Assembly: GCA_938084645.1 (NCBI GenBank) | Contig: CALKEP010000049.1 | Coordinates: forward strand, 1-57,048 | Length of the DNA: 57,048 nt | Origin: an uncultured Phycisphaerales bacterium | GTDB taxonomy: Bacteria > Planctomycetota > Phycisphaerae > Phycisphaerales > SM1A02 | Direction of reading: 5' to 3' | Shown: one piece after another, positions 51,183 to 57,048 of the stretch | How positions within the stretch are numbered: position 1 is the first letter of the stretch | Layout of the letters: every line of letters starts with the position of its first letter | The notes under the pieces: model-generated | Databases searched by the model: none | The model's input: the letters and a program-made list of their open reading frames with translations, nothing else | What the model was told of the DNA's origin: nothing | Position numbers and translations under genes: made by a program

Positions 51183-51791
51183 TCAATCGCGCCGACGTGA
51201 AGATCGCCGTCGACCGACGAGCGCGGAAGCGAGGATGCCGGCGATCCCCGGGGCCGGCACCAGCACCACCTCGATGGCGGTGGCGTCGTAGCCGGAGATC
51301 GTGAAGTTACCGTCGACGGTCGTGATGCCGACGTCGACGATGTCCCGAAGGATGTCGTCCCCGGAGATCGCCGCGCCGGAGAACGGCGTGGCGAGATCCC
51401 AGCCCAACGGGCCGTCGTAGGTGCCGATGGTGAGATTCTCGAAGGGGACGTAGAGCCCGAATCCGATGACCAGCCCGTCGGCGGGATCGGAGTAGGTCCA
51501 CACCGCCGAGTCGGTGACGAACGCCGACGTCATCTCGACGGACTCACCGTCGATGGTCACGACCCCGGAGCCCGGCGTCACGTTGAATCCGCGAGGCGAG
51601 CCCGGCTGGATGTCCTCGAGCTCCGCGAACAGGGAGAAGCTCGCCTCGGCGGCGACGAACTCCGCGCCGTCGAGGGAACCGACCGCCCCCGCGAACGAGA
51701 AGGTGTATCGGACCAGATCCGCCTCCGTGGTGGTGGATGCACCGAACACGATGGCGGTGGCGAGGATGACCGAGGTGCTCCGGCGTGACAT
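51183..51791 (-). CDS. Secreted PEP-CTERM-like sorting-domain protein
   Basis: CAGGAG RBS; signal MSRRSTSVILATAIVFGASTTTEA; tail VPAPGIAGILASALVGRRRSSRRRD. Confidence 0.82.
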   Translation of the reverse strand: MSRRSTSVILATAIVFGASTTTEADLVRYTFSFAGAVGSLDGAEFVAAEASFSLFAELEDIQPGSPRGFNVTPGSGVVTIDGESVEMTSAFVTDSAVWTYSDPADGLVIGFGLYVPFENLTIGTYDGPLGWDLATPFSGAAISGDDILRDIVDVGITTVDGNFTISGYDATAIEVVLVPAPGIAGILASALVGRRRSSRRRD

Positions 51792-51928
51792 CTGGTGCGG
51801 CTCCTGCAGGGAAGAACACCTCACCGTCGCCCAATCCTCCTGCCGAGTCAAGTGATTTCCGATCGACGCGTTGGTTCCACACCGCGAAGCCACCGCCCGG
51901 GTGATCGATACCGGGGCTTTCGACCGGA

Positions 51929-53284
51929 TCAGAAGGAGATGCCGAGCCGTGCGCCGAGGACGATCGCCGTGCCGGCACCGGTGTACGGAGGCTCGATGAA
52001 CTGGGCGTCGAGCGTCAGGTTCACCGAGTTCGTGATCGCGAAGTCGTAGTACGCCTCGATCCCCTGGGATCCGTCCCCGATGAGGGCGATGTTGGTGAAA
52101 CGCGTGGCCTGGATGTCCGTGTAGAAGTAGCCGACACCGAAGGTGTCGTCGGCCCTCGACGGGATCAACCCTCGACCGCCGACGCCGATGCATCCGGACC
52201 AGTCGACGGGGTTGGTCTTCCGATCCGCGACGCCGAACCGTGCGAAGAGCCCGAGGCCCCGGAGATCGGCCCGACCGTCCGTCACCGCGATCGGGGCATC
52301 GGTCGTCCCATCGGCCCACAGGTACTGCCAACCGTTCCAGTAGGCCGCCCAGGTGTCGTTCTGCGTGGGGAGCCGGAGGCTCTCGCCCTCGTCGAGGATG
52401 ATCCGCCCTCCGATCTCGTTGAAGTCCTGGTCGAACGAATACAGACCGCCGATGGTCATGCCACCGGGGAGCCCTCCCACTTCGTATTGGAACTGCGCCT
52501 CCAGCGTGAACGACGTCCCGTCCCCGAAGTCGTCGAAACCCGTCGACGTGGATGAATCGACGGTGTTGAAGAGCGTCGCGGTGACGGACATCCGATCACT
52601 CGGCATCCAGGCGGCCCCGACGCCGAGCGTGCTGTAGGGAAGACGGAGCGCGAGCGCGGAGTTGAACACGAAGTTCGAGTTCATGAACTGCGTGGTGCCT
52701 CGACCACCGGCGAATTCGTTCGAGTCACCGTTGAGCGTGTCCATCTTCCCGAGGAAGACGCCGAACTTCTCGGACAGGAACTGCGTGTACAGCAGATCGG
52801 TGATCGTGAAGGCGATTTCGTCGTCGATCTCGCCGGTGAGCGGGAAGTAGGCGTTGGTGTTGACCGGGAGAACCGTGCCGACCTGTGCGTTCACGGACTT
52901 GCCGTAGCGCGACTCGCCTCGGAACGTGACCAGACCGCCGGGGACGAGCCCCATCCGGTCGAGATCGAGATTGATCAGGTAGTCGCCGACCCCACCGTAC
53001 CGCACGACATCGTCCAGACCACCCGATGTGATTCCCTGACCGTACTGGATCCACTTGAACTGGAACTGGATGCCGTCGTCCGCCAGCTTCGCCCGCGAAC
53101 CGTTCCAGTCACCGGTGAGCGCGGATCGCTCCTGGAGATCGCCACCGTAGTCGGGCACCGGCAGGATCCCCTTCGACGTCATCTCGTCGGCGACGGCGGG
53201 AAGGTCCGCGTCATCCTGAGCCAGAACGAGTCCCGTCGCGAGGAGGACCGTGGATGAGAACATGATGATGGGTGAGCGGTGCAA
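51929..53284 (-). CDS. Carbohydrate-selective porin (OprB family)
   Basis: Signal peptide; LTGDWNGSRAKLADDGI, GLFARFG, RADDTFGVG, EAYY; C-terminal LGARLGISF beta-signal. Confidence 0.88.
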   Translation of the reverse strand: MHRSPIIMFSSTVLLATGLVLAQDDADLPAVADEMTSKGILPVPDYGGDLQERSALTGDWNGSRAKLADDGIQFQFKWIQYGQGITSGGLDDVVRYGGVGDYLINLDLDRMGLVPGGLVTFRGESRYGKSVNAQVGTVLPVNTNAYFPLTGEIDDEIAFTITDLLYTQFLSEKFGVFLGKMDTLNGDSNEFAGGRGTTQFMNSNFVFNSALALRLPYSTLGVGAAWMPSDRMSVTATLFNTVDSSTSTGFDDFGDGTSFTLEAQFQYEVGGLPGGMTIGGLYSFDQDFNEIGGRIILDEGESLRLPTQNDTWAAYWNGWQYLWADGTTDAPIAVTDGRADLRGLGLFARFGVADRKTNPVDWSGCIGVGGRGLIPSRADDTFGVGYFYTDIQATRFTNIALIGDGSQGIEAYYDFAITNSVNLTLDAQFIEPPYTGAGTAIVLGARLGISF

Positions 53285-53629
53285 GCGAGAAGACTCCTGG
53301 TGAGCCGGGCGCGTGGGCGCCCTTCGCCGTCACGACCGGTCTGATTCCACGCCTCCGGGGGACACGAACCCTCGTGCCGGGAAGCTGCTGACATGACGTC
53401 AGGAATATACCCAATCTGCTCGCCGGGATCATCGACGAGCCTCCCGCCCGGGAAGCGTCCATCGAGATCCTCGGGGCTCCCGCCTTGGATCGAATCGGGA
53501 GCGAGCCGACCATCGCCGCCCCTCACCCCGAAATCTCCGCTTCGAGCGGCCCGTCTTCGAAGGACGAACCCACCACCATGTCCTGCGTATCCGGGGAATC
53601 TTCCATGCCACTCGTGAAAGGTCTCCACC

Positions 53630-54670
53630 ATGCTCCGACGACCCGAAAGGCCGCGAAATCACCTTGACGCTCGATCATCGAGGCCGGGATGGTCGTTCAT
53701 CCCGATGCTCGGCGGCATGGCGATCATCGCGATGTCCGGATGTCGTCAGCCGACCCTCCATTCGACCGCGTTGAGCAATCCCGATCCCGCCGAGAGCATT
53801 CGGTTCATCGACCGGGGCGAGGACGTCGACGCCCGAGACTCCGATGATCGGACCCCCCTCCACCTCGCCGCCTTCTTGAACAGCAATCCGGAAGTCGCGA
53901 CCGCCCTCATCGGGGCCGGCGCCGATGTGAACGCACGGAACAAGTACGGAAAGACCCCGCTCTTCTACGCCGCCCGCGAACGAGCCGATCCGCGGGTACT
54001 CGAGATTCTCATCGAGGCCGGCGCGGATCCCCTTGCGAAGGACGACTCGGCCGCTCGGACGCCGTTCCTCGAGGCGGCGGCCCACAACGAACACTCCGAG
54101 GTGCTCGCCTATCTCCTGACCGTGGGATCGAACGCGACGGCGACCGATGAACTCGGCAGATCGCCGCTTCATCACGCGGCCGCGACGAACCCGAATCCCG
54201 AGATCATCACGTTTCTCATCGAGGCCGGCAACGACGTGAACGCCACGGACCGCATGGACCAGACCCCCCTGCATTATGCCGCCGATTGGAATCGGAATCC
54301 GCAGGTCCTCGCCCGTCTGCTCGCGTCGGGTGGCGACCCGCGTGCGACCCAACGACAAGATCGAACGCCACTTCATTTCGCCGTGATGAACCGGGTCGGA
54401 GCGGAGACCGTTCCACTCCTGCTTGCCGCCGGCGCAGACGTCGATGCCCGGAACCGGAGCGGACGGACCCCGCTGCATCAGGCCACGGACCGCAAGGACA
54501 ACCAGGAGGTCATTCGAATCCTGGTGGCGGCCGGCGCGGACGTCGATGCCCGCGACGACGCCGGCGCCACCCCTCTCGACCGAACGGGACCCGGGACCTT
54601 CGGCAAGCGACGCAACCGCGACGCCCTGATCGCCGCGGGCGGGACCCACGGCGGGGATTCGTCGCCCTGA
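53630..54670 (+). CDS. Ankyrin repeat protein, probable lipoprotein (alternative start 53705)
   Basis: About eight TPLHxAA..NPEV..LI.AGADVNA repeats; IIAMSGC lipobox-like motif. Confidence 0.9.
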   Translation: MLRRPERPRNHLDARSSRPGWSFIPMLGGMAIIAMSGCRQPTLHSTALSNPDPAESIRFIDRGEDVDARDSDDRTPLHLAAFLNSNPEVATALIGAGADVNARNKYGKTPLFYAARERADPRVLEILIEAGADPLAKDDSAARTPFLEAAAHNEHSEVLAYLLTVGSNATATDELGRSPLHHAAATNPNPEIITFLIEAGNDVNATDRMDQTPLHYAADWNRNPQVLARLLASGGDPRATQRQDRTPLHFAVMNRVGAETVPLLLAAGADVDARNRSGRTPLHQATDRKDNQEVIRILVAAGADVDARDDAGATPLDRTGPGTFGKRRNRDALIAAGGTHGGDSSP

Positions 54671-54803
54671 CGACGGCCCCATCGTCGAGCAGACGCGCGC
54701 CCATCCAGTCCGCAGGTTGGCGATCTCCCCCGTTGGAATCGTGGAGGCGATGCCCGGGTCGCCCGAGGACGTGAAGGGGAAATCAGCGCCCTGACCGAAC
54801 CGC

Positions 54804-55286
54804 TCAGGGGTGCCGCGCGCGAAAGAGCAGTTCACTGAGCCGGACGAGGTCGCGGGCATCGAGGTGCCCGAGCTGCTGCCGGTGCATGCGGTCCACCCGC
54901 GGCCGCAGCCGCCGCAGAAGCTGCCGCCCCTCGTCCGTGATGCCCACGAGCACGCAGCGACGATCCTCCTCGGAACGGGTGCGGGACACCAGTCCGGCCT
55001 TCACGAGGCGATCGATCAGACGCGTGGTGTCGGGATCCCTGGCGACCATCCGGTCCCCGATGGCCTCGGTCCGGATACCGCGCGCCCCCGCCGCGGCGAC
55101 GATGCGCAGCGCGTTGTACTGAGGTTCGGAGAGTGCGAATTCCTTGAACAGCTGCGCAAACTCCCCGGCCAGTCCCGCATGCGTTCGAATGAGATTCAGG
55201 AAGGCCTCCTGCTCGGGACAGTCGAACGCCGTGACCTTCCCGATCTCTTCCTGCAGGTTGCGTGGAGCGTGACTGGTTGGCGGCAT
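54804..55286 (-). CDS. MarR family transcriptional regulator
   Basis: LSEPQYNALRI, PDTTRLIDRL, DRRCVLVGIT. Confidence 0.92.
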   Translation of the reverse strand: MPPTSHAPRNLQEEIGKVTAFDCPEQEAFLNLIRTHAGLAGEFAQLFKEFALSEPQYNALRIVAAAGARGIRTEAIGDRMVARDPDTTRLIDRLVKAGLVSRTRSEEDRRCVLVGITDEGRQLLRRLRPRVDRMHRQQLGHLDARDLVRLSELLFRARHP

Positions 55287-55292
55287 GCCCCC

Positions 55293-55321
55293 AGCATTCG
55301 TTGAAACACATATGTTGTCAA
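55293..55321 (-). promoter_or_regulatory. marR promoter (TTGACA-N17-AATGCT-N6-ATG) with overlapping near-palindromic operator
   Basis: TTGAAACACATATGTTGTCAA (55301-55321) is an imperfect inverted repeat containing the perfect -35 box on the minus strand. Confidence 0.65.
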
Positions 55322-55380
55322 GTGGGCACCCGGGTCGAACCGCCGGCCGACCGATGCCTCCGATGTCCGCGAAAGCCGGT

Positions 55381-55914
55381 CTAGTCGGTGTCCGTCCGTT
55401 CGAGTTCGATCGCGTGGACGAGCGTCATCCGGCCGTCCGCCTCCGGCCGCGATCCTTCGCGAATCATTCCACTCTTCTCCAACACCCGGTGCGATGCCGC
55501 ATGGGCTTCGTCACTCGTGGCGATCACCCGTCGGAGACCGTGCGCGTCGCGAGCATGTCGAAGAATCGCCGGAACGACCTCGCTGGCGATTCCACGTCCC
55601 CAGTGCGATCTCCGGAACGCATACTTCACTTCCGCGTCCCGCTGGCCGTCCGGATGCACCAGTCCGCAACACCCCACGAGCGTCGCGTCCGATCGCTCGA
55701 TGACCGCGAACATCCCGTATCCCCGTTCGGCGTAGTTTCGAGTGGTCACCTCGAACCAGGTCTCCACACCCGCGGCATCGAGCGGACGACCATCGCCCAC
55801 GTACCGCATCGCATCCCGGTCGGCGTAGATCGCGAGAATCGCGGGAAGGTCGTCGCGACGCCAATCCCGGACGAGGAGTCGTGAAGTCTGGAAGCGCGCG
55901 TCCTTCATGGGCAT
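55381..55914 (-). CDS. GNAT family N-acetyltransferase (RimJ/RimL-like)
   Basis: QTSRLLVRDW, WGRGIASE, ASHRVLEKSGM; GAATGT-N6-ATG upstream. Confidence 0.88.
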   Translation of the reverse strand: MPMKDARFQTSRLLVRDWRRDDLPAILAIYADRDAMRYVGDGRPLDAAGVETWFEVTTRNYAERGYGMFAVIERSDATLVGCCGLVHPDGQRDAEVKYAFRRSHWGRGIASEVVPAILRHARDAHGLRRVIATSDEAHAASHRVLEKSGMIREGSRPEADGRMTLVHAIELERTDTD

Positions 55915-56012
55915 GAGGGTACATTCCAGCCCGGCTCGACCGGAGTTCCGGATTCGGTGGACTCGCCGCGCTCGCCCTCGGAACCCGGGGCCTCCTCCGA
56001 CGCGCGAGGTCG

Positions 56013-56819
56013 ATGCGGTACAGTCTGCAGATCTCCCACGCACCCGCTCCACCCATCATCGACATCACGAACACCTTTGTTTCCCAGGCGTCATCGCCGG
56101 ACCGGCCGGAGACTGCATCCCCCTCGGAGGGATGGCCTTGGTTCGCCGAGAACGGCATTCTCGAGACCGTCCAGGTGCTCATCCTTCTCGTGATGCTGGC
56201 GCGCTACCTTTTCCTCGTCACCCGACACGCGGCGGTGCTCCGTGCGATCTTCGGCGGTGCCGCGATGATCACCCTCGCGTGCATCATTCGCGAGGTGGAG
56301 TTCGATCCGAATGGCGAACTGGGTTGGGCCGATCGCATCATTCGAGGACCAGGCCGGATCACGGCCGGCGTGATCGCCATCCCGGTCAGCCTCTACGGAC
56401 TTCGGGCGACGTTTCGCGAGCCGAGGGCGTTGCCGCGACTCCTGCTCGGCGACTGGTGGGGCAGGACCTGCATCGCGGGTGGCCTCATCGTGTTGCTGGC
56501 CGGCCTCTACGACCGTGGAATACTGCTCGACCTCCCTTCGAACCGATGGGAAGAGGCCTTCGAGACGCTCGGGTACCTGCTCGTGGCCTGCTCCGCGTTC
56601 ATTCCCCCTCGGGCCGCGGAAGCCGTCATCTCACGCCCCCTTCGCCGCTTCGACCGGACACCCCGGCGGGCCGTGAAACCGGACCGGGGCACCACGCCGA
56701 AGACGCCGTGCTCGAATCCAACCCTCCCGTGCGGGGTGATCGACCCCGAGCGCGCGACTCGGGTACCCCCCCTCCCTTCGGCCCTCCAGCGTGATCCCGG
56801 ATGTCACCGGGGCTCATGA
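56013..56819 (+). CDS. Hypothetical multi-pass membrane protein
   Basis: ENGILETVQV, IIREVE, EEAFETLGY and about five TMs. Start and C-terminal tail are uncertain. Confidence 0.65.
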   Translation: MRYSLQISHAPAPPIIDITNTFVSQASSPDRPETASPSEGWPWFAENGILETVQVLILLVMLARYLFLVTRHAAVLRAIFGGAAMITLACIIREVEFDPNGELGWADRIIRGPGRITAGVIAIPVSLYGLRATFREPRALPRLLLGDWWGRTCIAGGLIVLLAGLYDRGILLDLPSNRWEEAFETLGYLLVACSAFIPPRAAEAVISRPLRRFDRTPRRAVKPDRGTTPKTPCSNPTLPCGVIDPERATRVPPLPSALQRDPGCHRGS

Positions 56820-56841
56820 GGAAACGCACACGGCCGCAACG

Positions 56842-56876
56842 CAGAACGCCGCACCCGTGATGGATGCGGCGTTCTG
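56842..56876. terminator. Hairpin between convergent genes
   Basis: CAGAACGCCGCA...TGCGGCGTTCTG inverted repeat. Confidence 0.6.
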
Positions 56877-56928
56877 GATTCATCAATGCGATCGATGCCG
56901 CGAGCTCAGTGGATCGATCGGGTCGACA

Positions 56929-57048
56929 TCACGGCGCCGTGGTCGCGTCGGTCGCCCCACCGAAGTAACCGAGGATGAACGCGAGGTCCGCCCCGTTCAC
57001 CTGGCCGTCCTGGTTGATGTCCGCATTCAGCACCGAACTCGCGCCCCA
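56929..57048 (-). CDS. 3' end of a protein with a C-terminal dockerin-like repeat (truncated by window)
   Basis: Manual minus-strand translation: WGASSVLNADINQDGQVNGADLAFILGYFGGATDATTAP*. Confidence 0.75.
   Translation of the reverse strand, partial: WGASSVLNADINQDGQVNGADLAFILGYFGGATDATTAP

Noticed and set aside
53285..53629. Long intergenic region as a possible riboswitch or tRNA
   Set aside because: No cloverleaf or known riboswitch consensus recognised; best read as a divergent promoter region.
53800..54590. Recurring ~100-bp DNA similarity
   Set aside because: Explained by ankyrin repeat coding.

Overview
High-GC (roughly 65-70% by eye) bacterial chromosomal segment. It is most likely from a Planctomycetota (Phycisphaerales-like) genome, inferred from the PAPG...RRRR sorting tails, the C-terminal dockerin-like DLNGDG..WG repeats and a CxxC..CPECG membrane protein. 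About 45 genes are supported: the 3' part of a nucleotide-sugar dehydrogenase; monomeric icd; a minus-strand run of modABC, a tandem TlpA thioredoxin and a MoxR/DUF58/2xVWA (Bat-like) operon ending in a ~1300-aa orphan protein; four PEP-CTERM-like and two dockerin-tailed secreted proteins; TetR plus DUF1254/DUF1214; CotH plus DUF4956; zwf; a two-domain glycoside-hydrolase-like protein; ppc; a complete reductive pyrimidine catabolism cluster; chaA; ade; a stand-alone RlmK-like methyltransferase; two glycosyltransferase-like genes; an OprB-type porin; an ankyrin protein; MarR; and a GNAT. No rRNA, tRNA, CRISPR array or mobile element was seen. Four things stand out. (1) The dihydropyrimidine dehydrogenase looks plant PYD1-like (no Fe-S domain, no preT in the window) and sits in a full pathway with an AGT2/PYD4-type aminotransferase. 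(2) A TANNNT hexamer lies exactly 6 nt before the ATG of many genes, suggesting widespread leaderless transcription. (3) The MoxR-VWA operon is led by a thioredoxin and ends in a giant membrane-anchored partner. (4) A multi-hairpin 5' leader lies upstream of a PEP-CTERM-like gene. All family assignments come from motif recognition and recall, not database searches.
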